Positions 27,632 to 36,201 of a stretch of DNA of 44,150 nucleotides are shown here, one piece after another. The stretch is from a virus (taxonomy: Duplodnaviria; Heunggongvirae; Uroviricota; Caudoviricetes): IMG/VR virus record IMGVR_UViG_3300045988_004957; one strand, 5' to 3'. The notes beneath the pieces are model-generated. The model searched no databases, was not told the origin of the DNA, and worked only from the letters and a program-made list of their open reading frames with translations. A program made the position numbers and the translations under genes. Position 1 is the first letter of the stretch. The number at the start of each line of letters is the position of its first letter.

Positions 27632-28903
27632 TTAAAGTGCGAAAGTCACCGGGACGTTAATAACTGGTTTGCGAATCGGCATTTCATACGCGATAGGGTA
27701 TGTGGTTCCATCATTCTGGTGGTCCACACCGCCTGATTTATCCGGTTCGCCGTTCTTGTCGTAAGCCTGTTGCTCCAGGCATCGTGCGGTAACAGGGCAA
27801 GCCTGTTCATTAATCATGACCATACCAGATTCAAGCGCCTTATTCATCGCCGCTACGCGGTCTTTAACCGGTGGGTTTGTCGATTTAGCGCGCACTTCGA
27901 AGCCGGCCTGCTGTAACTGGGCAATATCAGATGTGCTGGCGTTGTTACTTTTACGGTTTTTACCGCTTGCGTCGGGGTACATAACGATATAGTGGCCCTT
28001 ACTTTTCCAGCGCTCTGTTACGGCTCTCACCACATCGGGCGTATCGAACATATCCACCAACTCGGCGACTGCATGCCAGACTTTGCCACGTTGCACGTAA
28101 ACTGTACTAGCCATGTGGCCTACGTTAAAGTCCTGCCCGATATACAGAGTCTCGCCTGGTTTTATCGTTTCGCGGCTGCTGTTTTTCCTGCGGTCATAGG
28201 CGTAATAGACAGTCCCCGCCGTCAGGTTGACGAACTCGCCGTTGATGTAGGCGTCAATCAACTGACCTGGGTATGTGTCGCGTAACGACTGCACATAATC
28301 TTCTGGCAGGAACGGGTTAGACAGGGTGGACGCCTGAATCATCTCGTAGCCTGGATTCTTTTTGACTACCCAGCGGTCATGTACGAAACGGAATCCTTCC
28401 GGGGTAGTGAACACGGAAACGGTATTAGCAGGTTTCGGTGTAATAGGTTTATATGTCCGCGGCAACTGGCGGTTACGGGCGATGACTTTGTTCCACGCGT
28501 GCTCGGCGTGCTCCATGTTAAGGGTGTCCAACTCGTCGATTTTCGCACGAAACGATTCGTAGCCAACGATTCGTGCTGGATTATCAAGTGTACGCAGAAC
28601 AAAATCCCCAAATTGTCCGGAAGACGTATAGATTATGTTGTCAGACTTGTTGTATTTGTACCGGATACCCCAGTCGGTGAGCTTTTCTTCCATACGCGGT
28701 GCAAGGATGAGGCGCACCAGGTCATAAGTCGGCTCATACATGGCGATGATAGAATCGCTACCACCTTCCATGCTGTCGAGTAGTGCAGAGTTGCACATAA
28801 CTTCGGATTTACCCGTACCGAAGCCAGCTACGAATGCCGGAAACTTGCAATGCATACCGAGAAACGCGCCTTGCGGCTCCGTTGCCGTGATATTAACGTT
28901 CAC
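27632..28903 (-). CDS. terminase large subunit
   Basis: Walker A GFGTGKS near N-terminus, C-terminal nuclease-like half; 423 aa. Confidence 0.85.
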   Translation of the reverse strand: MNVNITATEPQGAFLGMHCKFPAFVAGFGTGKSEVMCNSALLDSMEGGSDSIIAMYEPTYDLVRLILAPRMEEKLTDWGIRYKYNKSDNIIYTSSGQFGDFVLRTLDNPARIVGYESFRAKIDELDTLNMEHAEHAWNKVIARNRQLPRTYKPITPKPANTVSVFTTPEGFRFVHDRWVVKKNPGYEMIQASTLSNPFLPEDYVQSLRDTYPGQLIDAYINGEFVNLTAGTVYYAYDRRKNSSRETIKPGETLYIGQDFNVGHMASTVYVQRGKVWHAVAELVDMFDTPDVVRAVTERWKSKGHYIVMYPDASGKNRKSNNASTSDIAQLQQAGFEVRAKSTNPPVKDRVAAMNKALESGMVMINEQACPVTARCLEQQAYDKNGEPDKSGGVDHQNDGTTYPIAYEMPIRKPVINVPVTFAL

Positions 28904-29402
28904 CGGACACCACCTTAATTGTTACTTCGCTGATTGGCTCGTCGCGTACTTCTTCGGCGACAACTGTTTTATTCAGGCCCAGTTTCGCGGCAGCAAACGT
29001 AGCAGAGATGCCCGCGGCCCCCGTTTCAGTGAAGTATGCCTCTTCCAGCGCCTGTGCTGTCTCCCAGGCTTCTGCAAATGCGGGAATCTCACGCAGCCAA
29101 AGCTTAATAATCGGGATAGTGACTCCGATGTGTAAGGCGAAGCGGGCCAGTGACGGTGGTTTATCCTGAATCAGCGGGCGTTCGTCACCCTTAGACGTAG
29201 GCACAAGCTCCCACGACGTGCGGTCGAAGAACTCGATTAGTGCATCGCAATAGCCCGGGTCCCACAACGCGGCGGAATTACGGGATGATTGATAAAGGCT
29301 CTGTTTACCGCGCGGTCGTTTACGGCGACGGTTTGCGCTAACAGCTTCTTTATGCGCAGCTTGCACCACCTCTGGTGATGGTTGCTTAAGTGTAAGTTTC
29401 AT
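28893..29402 (-). CDS. putative terminase small subunit
   Basis: ORF overlapping terminase large start; start taken at ATG 29402 with SD AGGGGG; basic N-terminal region. Confidence 0.45.
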   Translation of the reverse strand: MKLTLKQPSPEVVQAAHKEAVSANRRRKRPRGKQSLYQSSRNSAALWDPGYCDALIEFFDRTSWELVPTSKGDERPLIQDKPPSLARFALHIGVTIPIIKLWLREIPAFAEAWETAQALEEAYFTETGAAGISATFAAAKLGLNKTVVAEEVRDEPISEVTIKVVSGER

Positions 29403-29500
29403 ATAACCCCCTGACATATGCGTCTGACCATCAGAGCGCACCAGACGCGCCCTACGCGTCTAAAGGGATTATATAAGGGGATTGGGCGGGATGTACAGAA

Positions 29501-29520
29501 AAGCCCTCCGTAGAGGGCTT
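29501..29520 (-). terminator. hairpin terminator / attenuator
   Basis: AAGCCCTC-TACG-GAGGGCTT on minus strand followed by TTCTGT. Confidence 0.5.
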
Positions 29521-29578
29521 GTATCAGTTATATAGGCCGTGGCGTGGCGCTCGTTTACCGTCGCCGCCGTAATGGTCG

Positions 29579-29851
29579 TTAGCTACCGCTATAACCCAGG
29601 CATTCGGAAAGACTAAAAGTTGCATTAAATTCCTCAAGGTCTATTTTACGAATACATGGTGAAAGGCAATCAGCGAAAACCAACTCACCAGAATCAATAA
29701 CGACGAATCGCCAGCCTTTGAATATGTTCTCGGAAATACCCTCCGCAACTTCGCGTACATTAGGCATGTGTTCTGGGAAATCGTGGAAGTTTCTGGACAA
29801 AAATTCAAGGGCCTCACACCGGTTTATGTGGTAGTTATCATATCCAATCAT
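29579..29851 (-). CDS. hypothetical protein
   Basis: 90 aa ORF, last of a tightly coupled minus-strand small-gene cluster. Confidence 0.45.
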   Translation of the reverse strand: MIGYDNYHINRCEALEFLSRNFHDFPEHMPNVREVAEGISENIFKGWRFVVIDSGELVFADCLSPCIRKIDLEEFNATFSLSECLGYSGS

Positions 29852-30108
29852 TCCCCGCTCTCCTCTTTAGCGATGCGTTGCTCTGTTTTAGTGATACCGC
29901 GGCGCGTGAATAACACCGGGCTTGTCTTAACGTGCGTCATAAGGCGGTTATTATAAATTACATGGCGCTCGCATTTCACGTCTTTGCTGTACTTCGCAAT
30001 CGTCATTTCGTTGAGGCCTGTTTGTCGGCACGTCTCCGCCATCGTGCCAAATTCTTTAATAAGGTTAGGAATGCTGGTAATCATCCTAAGAAATTCCTCG
30101 TCGTCCAC
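29848..30108 (-). CDS. hypothetical protein
   Basis: 86 aa ORF, ATGA coupling to downstream gene. Confidence 0.45.
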   Translation of the reverse strand: MDDEEFLRMITSIPNLIKEFGTMAETCRQTGLNEMTIAKYSKDVKCERHVIYNNRLMTHVKTSPVLFTRRGITKTEQRIAKEESGE

Positions 30109-30202
30109 ATCGCATTAGTATCTGCCCCACAGAAACCCAACCAATAGTCCGATGAAGTAACTAAGACCGACCAGGCCAATAACAACCTCAAGACTCATAC
30201 TC

Positions 30203-30403
30203 TTACCCCACTATCTCATCACCTAGCCACGCCGTTTCTCGTATATCGTCGACCACACAAGCGGCGTGCTCGCGGCTAATTGCAAAAATGTAGAAGCTGA
30301 ACTTCTTCCCGTCGGCGTCGATGTGGTTAACCGAGTATGGTTTCCACAGGACGCCATCAATAACTACCGGTTCAGGCGCTTTCATCTTCTGGTCCGACAA
30401 CAT
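30203..30403 (-). CDS. hypothetical protein
   Basis: 66 aa ORF in co-directional cluster. Confidence 0.4.
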   Translation of the reverse strand: MLSDQKMKAPEPVVIDGVLWKPYSVNHIDADGKKFSFYIFAISREHAACVVDDIRETAWLGDEIVG

Positions 30404-30662
30404 TGTCGTACAGCGGGATTATCACATCAGCCCCATCCTTTGAAGCTGCGGTTGCCGTGTTGTAATAAGCCAGCGAAGAACTGTCTTCACCGACGAACAA
30501 CCCCGCGTACACGTTCGGTTCTTGCGTCTTAATAGCCAGTAACTCCTTAAACGCCTCCAGTTGAAACTCACCGTTAATTGACAGTTGCCCGCCTAACGTC
30601 TGTTTCTCTGACTCAAGGACCAGAATACGACGCTCAAGTGACGCGATTGTGATTTTAGGCAT
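30372..30662 (-). CDS. hypothetical protein
   Basis: 96 aa ORF in co-directional cluster. Confidence 0.45.
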   Translation of the reverse strand: MPKITIASLERRILVLESEKQTLGGQLSINGEFQLEAFKELLAIKTQEPNVYAGLFVGEDSSSLAYYNTATAASKDGADVIIPLYDNVVGPEDESA

Positions 30663-30886
30663 TATTCGGCTCCCTCATAAAAATCGCCATTTCGGTAATC
30701 CCCATCGAAATCGTCAGAAATAGCGCGCCCCTTGTTCATGTTGAAGCGGCTAATCAGCTCACGGCGGCGTTCCATAAGATTATCCACCTGCCGTAAGTGG
30801 TGTTCGATGTGGGTGTCAATCCACGCTATTTCAGATTCACCGGTCGCGGATTCGACGCATGCTTTTTCATATTCGTTATTAGTCAT
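30662..30886 (-). CDS. hypothetical protein
   Basis: 74 aa ORF, ATGA coupling with upstream ORF. Confidence 0.45.
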   Translation of the reverse strand: MTNNEYEKACVESATGESEIAWIDTHIEHHLRQVDNLMERRRELISRFNMNKGRAISDDFDGDYRNGDFYEGAE

Positions 30887-31041
30887 ACTTTACGCTCTCC
30901 CCACATGCGATTGAGATACTTGTTCTTGTCCGGCCCGGGGAAACTGTTACGTTTCATCAGTTCCTCGCGTGTCGGGAACGGGGTGTGGCTGACTTTACGG
31001 CCTACTCGTATTGACGGGTTTATTTGAACTTGTTCACTCAT
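30883..31041 (-). CDS. hypothetical protein (52 aa)
   Basis: ATG 31041 with SD GGGAGG, ATGA coupling on both sides; below ORF-track cutoff. Confidence 0.4.
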   Translation of the reverse strand: MSEQVQINPSIRVGRKVSHTPFPTREELMKRNSFPGPDKNKYLNRMWGERKV

Positions 31042-31235
31042 TCTACAACCTCCCATTTAACGCCGTGGAAGCCATCACCTTCATCGTTACCAAAGTCTAT
31101 GAAAATACAGCAGTCGTCGTCGGAGTCTATATAACCGAAACCAGTAGCTGTCGGGTTGTACACATCGTACACTTTACCCTCTGTCACATAGTCAAGGGCG
31201 GCTAACCAGAGAATTTTAGCGGCTTTAACTTTCAT
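31038..31235 (-). CDS. hypothetical protein
   Basis: 65 aa acidic ORF in coupled cluster. Confidence 0.45.
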   Translation of the reverse strand: MKVKAAKILWLAALDYVTEGKVYDVYNPTATGFGYIDSDDDCCIFIDFGNDEGDGFHGVKWEVVE

Positions 31236-31381
31236 TTCTTCTCTCCTGCATAAGCTGCTTTAAGTGTCTGCATCGCAGCGAACCAGAACGCGTCCGCTGG
31301 AATGCTGTTGCTCAGGTTACTAACTGCGATGCGCGCCATCAGTTGCGCGTCTTTGAATGCTTCGATATCTGTGATTTTCAT
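31232..31381 (-). CDS. hypothetical protein (49 aa)
   Basis: ATG 31381 overlapping upstream stop (TAATG) and ATGA coupling downstream. Confidence 0.4.
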   Translation of the reverse strand: MKITDIEAFKDAQLMARIAVSNLSNSIPADAFWFAAMQTLKAAYAGEKK

Positions 31382-31581
31382 TAGTTATTCTCCAGTATTT
31401 CTAACGCTTTCACGAGGTAACGTTTACGTAAAACATCAGTCTGCGCGCTATTAGCCCTGCGTATGTAGCCCGCAGCAGCCCTCATCTGTAGTTTTTCCAC
31501 CGAACCATTCCCTATTATAGCTGATGCGATACATTTAACTTCGAGTTCTTCGGTTATTTCTATCGTCGATACGTTGCCCAT
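31381..31581 (-). CDS. hypothetical protein
   Basis: 66 aa, first gene after promoter 31616..31644; SD GGAG. Confidence 0.45.
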   Translation of the reverse strand: MGNVSTIEITEELEVKCIASAIIGNGSVEKLQMRAAAGYIRRANSAQTDVLRKRYLVKALEILENN

Positions 31582-31615
31582 TTCTCTCTACTCCGTTCTC
31601 GTTGTCGATGAAGTA

Positions 31616-31644
31616 AATATAATAGGGTCGAGGATAATAGTCAA
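31616..31644 (-). promoter_or_regulatory. sigma70-like promoter for small-gene cluster
   Basis: Minus strand TTGACT-17 bp-TATATT immediately downstream of the lysis-cassette terminator. Confidence 0.5.
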
Positions 31645-31674
31645 CTAGTCATCACAGAAAATAGATAAAAAAAA

Positions 31675-31702
31675 TCCCGGCTGGGTCAGGGCCGGGATAA
31701 AA
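31675..31702 (-). terminator. rho-independent terminator after lysis cassette
   Basis: Stem TCCCGGC / GCCGGGA with 9-nt loop flanked on minus strand by T4 and T8 runs. Confidence 0.7.
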
Positions 31703-31762
31703 CTGGAGAGCAGAGGGATGGAGCAGGAGGTGATTTAAGTATCGTCGGATTAGTCTTATGTG

Positions 31763-32248
31763 TCAACCTTTCACCGCGCGCCCGATAGCCTCTGCCTCTT
31801 GCCACGGTTTACCGTCGAACAGTGCCAGACGTCCGGCGGTACGGCGACGCAGGCCTAGTAACGGTTTGCCGTTCTGGTTGATGAACAGCGCCAGCTTAGC
31901 CCGCAGCGTTGCAATATCACCAGAACGCAGTGCCTTACCCGTGCCGGTAGTAGCTGCAATCACACCAGCACCTGCGTTGTATACCAGGTCGCACACTGCA
32001 TCGAACTGTGCCTGTGTCAATGAATGGTGTGCTGCTGCGTCAACCGCAGCTACGGCCTTAGCCATATCGCGATTCAGTAGCAGTAGACCTTGTCCCGGCG
32101 TGATTGTTTGCCCCGCCTTAACGTCCGGCCCGTAGTGACCGTACCCGATAGTCAGGTACTTCTCATTTGGCGTAGCACGATACGCAGTTCCGCGGAATCC
32201 CTCGAACGCGGCGGTGAATTTGATGCCATTGTTGCTAATGTTTCTCAT
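31763..32248 (-). CDS. endolysin (GH24 T4-lysozyme-like)
   Basis: N-terminal catalytic region FEGFRGTAYRATPNEKYLTIGYG with Glu-Asp-Thr spacing; no signal-anchor. Confidence 0.8.
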   Translation of the reverse strand: MRNISNNGIKFTAAFEGFRGTAYRATPNEKYLTIGYGHYGPDVKAGQTITPGQGLLLLNRDMAKAVAAVDAAAHHSLTQAQFDAVCDLVYNAGAGVIAATTGTGKALRSGDIATLRAKLALFINQNGKPLLGLRRRTAGRLALFDGKPWQEAEAIGRAVKG

Positions 32249-32778
32249 AAAGCACCTTCCCGTAATTTATGGTTCGCGAAAACCCCGTGTATCTTCTCTC
32301 TAGCTTCTTCGGCAACTAGCGCGGCTAGTTCTAGGTCCGCAAAGTATCCGTAAAAATACTTAATCTTATGTATTTTTAATTGAACGTACCATCCTCCTTG
32401 TTGCTTCTGCCACATAACGTTCTTAATACCGGATTTGCTGTCCTTTCTTGGCCCTTTGTTGCATCCGTTTTCGGATTTGTTGGCTTCACGTAAATTACAG
32501 AATCTATTATCACGACCATCGCCGTTTATGTGGTCTATTAGGGAGTTGGGCCATTCCCCTGTCATGTATAGCCAAGCGAGACGATGCGCCAAGTACCGCT
32601 TCCCACCGAAGGCTATGGAGCGATAGCCTGCACAATGGTTGGCGCCAGCCTCACTTCCCGCCCGAGCATTGTGCACACGTGTAGCTTTCCATGTAAAAAC
32701 TCCGGTATCGGGGTCGTAGTGTAAAACCTCGCGCAGCTTATCTGCGGTAAGTCCATTATCTGAAATGTTTCGAGACAC
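32245..32778 (-). CDS. HNH endonuclease
   Basis: HNH core LIDHINGDGRDNRFCNLREA..N; start taken at GTG 32778 with SD GGAGGA; ATGA coupling to endolysin. Confidence 0.75.
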   Translation of the reverse strand: MSRNISDNGLTADKLREVLHYDPDTGVFTWKATRVHNARAGSEAGANHCAGYRSIAFGGKRYLAHRLAWLYMTGEWPNSLIDHINGDGRDNRFCNLREANKSENGCNKGPRKDSKSGIKNVMWQKQQGGWYVQLKIHKIKYFYGYFADLELAALVAEEAREKIHGVFANHKLREGAL

Positions 32779-33028
32779 GCTTATGTCCTCCGTACGACAG
32801 CCACGCCTGACGAATCTGGCGCAGCGCAACTAAAGTGATTAATGTTTCCGGCAGCGTCGGTGACATGCTGCCTTGTAACAGGTGGATACAACCTGCGGCG
32901 CAGACAATAGCAGTGAGGATATACAGCACACGACCAAACAGACCGTCGTCTACGCTGGGGTGGTATACGTTAAACAGCGATGTGCCCCCGATTGCGAGCA
33001 TACCGCAAAACCAGAATAACTCATTCAT
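32756..33028 (-). CDS. two-TM membrane protein (holin-associated)
   Basis: ATG 33028 overlapping holin stop; two hydrophobic helices. Confidence 0.45.
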   Translation of the reverse strand: MNELFWFCGMLAIGGTSLFNVYHPSVDDGLFGRVLYILTAIVCAAGCIHLLQGSMSPTLPETLITLVALRQIRQAWLSYGGHKRVSKHFR

Positions 33029-33329
33029 TACCACCTCCGCGGCGTGCGATATATTCTCCGGCGACAATGCCAGAGAGACGGGAATAAATTGGCATCCAGA
33101 GAATAGCAATGATGAATCCAAGGCCCGCTATTTCGCGTTCACCTGCGATACCGAACCATTGAGCGGCGAGAGGCGCACCGAATACGGCGCACGCAAAGCC
33201 AGTGGCGAGAAAACAGAGAGCATCGACAGGGCCGGTAATAGTGGCTTTGTGTTGCCGTAAGCCTATTACCCCACCAGCTAATGCGGCAGCGAGAAGCCAC
33301 CCCGTCACTGTTTCAGTAAATTTATCCAA
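33021..33329 (-). CDS. putative holin
   Basis: 102 aa with TM helices and charged C-terminus, first gene of lysis cassette; start codon is TTG. Confidence 0.5.
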   Translation of the reverse strand: MDKFTETVTGWLLAAALAGGVIGLRQHKATITGPVDALCFLATGFACAVFGAPLAAQWFGIAGEREIAGLGFIIAILWMPIYSRLSGIVAGEYIARRGGGNE

Positions 33330-33375
33330 GATGAAGCCACCCCGTCACTGTTTCAGTAAATTTATCCAAGATGAA
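33293..33375. repeat. 40-bp tandem direct repeat (2 copies) across the holin start
   Basis: 33293..33332 identical to 33333..33372, next 3 nt also repeat. Confidence 0.9.
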
Positions 33376-33444
33376 TCCTCCAGGTGCGTATTAAGTATGC
33401 AGTAACTGGAGGATAGCACGGTTAGGAATTATCTTAATAACGGT

Positions 33445-33742
33445 TTATTTATGACGCCAGATGTATTGTCGTCTCTGCGGTTTAGTCGGAATATCATCGT
33501 ATCCGAGCGATTTCCAGTAATTAAATAACCGATTAGCGATTGCCGCGCGTTCCTGTGTTTTAAACTCTCCTAGATTCACGGCCTTTCCGTTCTGGAATCC
33601 ACAGGCGCGGATAGCTTTACGCCGTTCTTGTATCTCTGGGTACAGCACGTTACGGCGACGCTTGTGTATACGTGTCTTCGCTCTCGGTGACAGCGGCGCA
33701 AGGCCGCTTCGTTTCAGGATGTCAGTTGCTAACGACATCACT
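33445..33742 (-). CDS. hypothetical protein
   Basis: Start taken at ATG 33742; basic 98 aa ORF. Confidence 0.4.
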
Positions 33743-33940
33743 CCACCCCTCCACATGTGTAACCGACCCACAGTTCGCGCACTCGACGTAATCAGGGTAC
33801 TGGTCTTTGTATTTCTGTAACTCAGCTTCAAGTTCCTGCAGTTTAAAATCAAGGTTCTGGTAATCCTCAAATTTAACCCACTCCCCATTACGGTCGATGA
33901 AATGGTTATCCGACCCATATTTAGAATATCTTGCCACCAT
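33722..33940 (-). CDS. hypothetical protein
   Basis: Start ATG 33940 with SD AGGAGAAG; CxxC near C-terminus. Confidence 0.45.
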   Translation of the reverse strand: MVARYSKYGSDNHFIDRNGEWVKFEDYQNLDFKLQELEAELQKYKDQYPDYVECANCGSVTHVEGWSDVVSN

Positions 33941-33942
33941 AA

Positions 33943-34146
33943 TCACTTCTCCTGTTTTCCAAGTCGCTTAGGTGAGCAGATAGCGCGTACCTCTGAATCG
34001 TTGGGCTTGTCGCCCTGAAACAGGAAGTGCGCGTTCTCTGCGGCGCGTGCCGCTGACTGGCACGCCTCCATCGAGTAAAACGTTTCTGATGCCGCTAGTT
34101 GCATCTGGCCCGCCGACAATACCCAGATAAATAAGATGCTGGTCAT
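33943..34146 (-). CDS. small secreted-like protein
   Basis: ATG 34146 (ATGA coupling); hydrophobic N-terminal signal-like segment. Confidence 0.4.
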   Translation of the reverse strand: MTSILFIWVLSAGQMQLAASETFYSMEACQSAARAAENAHFLFQGDKPNDSEVRAICSPKRLGKQEK

Positions 34147-34676
34147 TGCTTCGCCTCCACACCACATTTACGGCAATACGGAACACCAGGTCTATTGCCA
34201 AAAACCGTCTTACATCTCCACTCATGCTCACATTCCTGAGTATCGTTTTTCGGTTTATATACCTTGTCGTCCCACTCACGTTTACCACATTTAGAGCAAA
34301 GCTCACTACCAGGAACGTTGTTCGGATTGCCTTCGCTGAGAAACAACCCAGGCATAATAATCCAAGAGTGCTCGCATTCCTGAACGTCTTCCTTACGGCA
34401 ACCGGATTGCTCGGGTCCGTGTTCGCCTGCTACGTAGCTCTTCCCATTAGGCAGTGGGCCGCCGTGGTTGGTTACACGGTAGAAGTCCTCATTCATTAAC
34501 GTTATTGTCCCCAGTAGCTCATCCACCAGCGCCGAAGCATCACGTAACTGATTCTTTAGTGACTGCACCTCATGCGCCAGGTCTTCGCACCGGTTGTTAT
34601 TTACCTGCTGCCGTAGCTGGTCAATCAGGTACTCGAATACTTCGTTTTTATTGTTCACTCTGTCTCCCCCCCTCAC
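34143..34676 (-). CDS. Cys/His-rich hypothetical protein (zinc-ribbon-like repeats)
   Basis: Two internal repeats QECEH.W ... C.KCG; coiled-coil N-terminus; real start may be GTG 34658. Confidence 0.5.
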   Translation of the reverse strand: MRGGDRVNNKNEVFEYLIDQLRQQVNNNRCEDLAHEVQSLKNQLRDASALVDELLGTITLMNEDFYRVTNHGGPLPNGKSYVAGEHGPEQSGCRKEDVQECEHSWIIMPGLFLSEGNPNNVPGSELCSKCGKREWDDKVYKPKNDTQECEHEWRCKTVFGNRPGVPYCRKCGVEAKQ

Positions 34677-34955
34677 TTATTCAACAGCACCTGTTATTGC
34701 TATAAGCCCGGTGTTACCGCGGCGGCGATACTTACGAATCACCGTTTTAAGCTCTTCATTGCTACTCTGATGCCCGAAAGTTATAGGCAACTCCCCCCCG
34801 CCGGCCATACCAAACTCAGTAGCTATTGGCTTGTCTCGCCACCCCTGGATGAACCCGTTACTGTCACGCGTTATGTATCTGTAGTTGTTGGGGAGGGGCA
34901 ACTCCAGCCCCTCAAAATCAACAGTCACGGTGTAGCTGCTAAAATTCATAGTCAA
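34677..34955 (-). CDS. hypothetical protein
   Basis: ORF-track start is TTG; ATG at 34949 more likely. Confidence 0.45.
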   Translation of the reverse strand: MTMNFSSYTVTVDFEGLELPLPNNYRYITRDSNGFIQGWRDKPIATEFGMAGGGELPITFGHQSSNEELKTVIRKYRRRGNTGLIAITGAVE

Positions 34956-35088
34956 TTACCCCGAACTCATTGATGATTTGAGCCTTGTAGAAGTTGCCGT
35001 TTGAGGCCAGGTGATATGCCTGCGCCATAGTCATCTCACGGTAAGTTGCTGCGCTGTTTTCAAACTCCATAATCATCAAAGTAACCAT
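34939..35088 (-). CDS. hypothetical protein (49 aa)
   Basis: ATG 35088 with SD GGAGAGG, first ORF downstream of promoter site 3. Confidence 0.35.
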   Translation of the reverse strand: MVTLMIMEFENSAATYREMTMAQAYHLASNGNFYKAQIINEFGVIDYEF

Positions 35089-35118
35089 CTCTGCCTCTCC
35101 TCTCGTTTGTGTAAATGA

Positions 35119-35147
35119 ATAGTAGACTATTCTATCCCAGTGTGCAA
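35119..35147 (-). promoter_or_regulatory. sigma70-like promoter with embedded dyad (site 3)
   Basis: Minus strand TTGCAC-17 bp-TACTAT; perfect dyad AATAGT-AG-ACTATT at 35118..35131. Confidence 0.5.
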
Positions 35148-35283
35148 GTAAATTTTATTGGTGTCTGTTATTGTTGCATCTCCTGCAATAGTCGCTTCGA
35201 TTGTTGCGTTTCGTGCAAGTGTCGCCTTTTGACGACACTAAGCTAAAGTTGTACGCTGCTGTGTAGCAGCGTAAGTCACTCAG

Positions 35284-35457
35284 TCAATTAGTAACCTTTT
35301 GACCTGTTACACCACCTGTTATACCCGCCCTTGCTTGCACACCAGCTTTCCACGCCCGCCACGCAAGACGCGTCTTAACGTTCAGGTACTCTTTCTTCGA
35401 ACCCTTGTTAACCGGCAGCCCCTCGACGATGGCCCATCGTTCAAATGCTTCTCTCAT
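35284..35457 (-). CDS. hypothetical protein
   Basis: Start taken at ATG 35457; basic. Confidence 0.35.
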   Translation of the reverse strand: MREAFERWAIVEGLPVNKGSKKEYLNVKTRLAWRAWKAGVQARAGITGGVTGQKVTN

Positions 35458-35508
35458 ACCAACCCCCACAACGCGTGCGCCACATAAACGGCGCTGACAA
35501 TTAAAATG

Positions 35509-35745
35509 TTATCCACGGCAACCTCCCTCAGAGTCGTCGGCACGAGCATCATGATTAGATGCCGTTGTGTATACCTTCGCTTCTGCCTTAGTTACCGGGA
35601 TTGTGTATCTTCCTGTCTTAATCCACCAGCCATCCTCACAGGAATCCAGTACATTGAAAACATCACCCACATTTACGCCTATTTTCTCGAGAGTATCACC
35701 ATCTTCTTCGTAGATAACGGTGTTATCTGTAATTATGATTTGCAT
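35509..35745 (-). CDS. hypothetical protein
   Basis: ATG 35745 overlapping upstream stop; acidic 78 aa. Confidence 0.45.
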   Translation of the reverse strand: MQIIITDNTVIYEEDGDTLEKIGVNVGDVFNVLDSCEDGWWIKTGRYTIPVTKAEAKVYTTASNHDARADDSEGGCRG

Positions 35746-35936
35746 CACTTCACCCCTTTGAATTTAAAATTGTTGCCGATGAGTGTTAAATTATCTCTGA
35801 AAGCGTAACCATGTTTCTTTCGTACAAGACCCCATACGTCTACAGCGGTACTATATTCATCCTCATTCTGGGTAACTATTACGTACTGTCCGCCGCGTTT
35901 TGTTTTAACCAACTGACCCTTCTTAAACATAACCAT
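35745..35936 (-). CDS. hypothetical protein
   Basis: Small basic ORF, SD AGAGGAG. Confidence 0.45.
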   Translation of the reverse strand: MVMFKKGQLVKTKRGGQYVIVTQNEDEYSTAVDVWGLVRKKHGYAFRDNLTLIGNNFKFKGVK

Positions 35937-35948
35937 CACTCCTCTGTC

Positions 35949-36167
35949 TTATTTAAAGTAGATAGCAAATTTCTTGTAACCCGCTGGCTCGTTACGAAGT
36001 CCTTTACCGTTAGCGAAACGTTGTACGTTAACAAAATCATTTTCATCCATTCCGTCGGTGTCGAACGTAAAGAAGTTGCGCTTGTTCCCGATAATTACGC
36101 GCTCTGAGATATCGATGCCGTAAACTTCTTTGATTGCGGAAACTACGCTTGCGGTCGCTTTGTTCAT
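35949..36167 (-). CDS. hypothetical protein
   Basis: 72 aa, first gene after promoter site 4; SD AAGGAA. Confidence 0.45.
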   Translation of the reverse strand: MNKATASVVSAIKEVYGIDISERVIIGNKRNFFTFDTDGMDENDFVNVQRFANGKGLRNEPAGYKKFAIYFK

Positions 36168-36201
36168 TTCTAAATTCCTTATGTCTCGTTCCGATAAGTG
36201 A

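Noticed and set aside
31758-32135. 125-aa plus-strand ORF
   Set aside because: Antisense to the endolysin gene, which has clear catalytic motifs
33293-33375. CRISPR array
   Set aside because: Only two copies of a 40-bp unit with no spacers; no other short regularly spaced repeats and no cas genes apart from a stand-alone Cas4-like nuclease in a replication context
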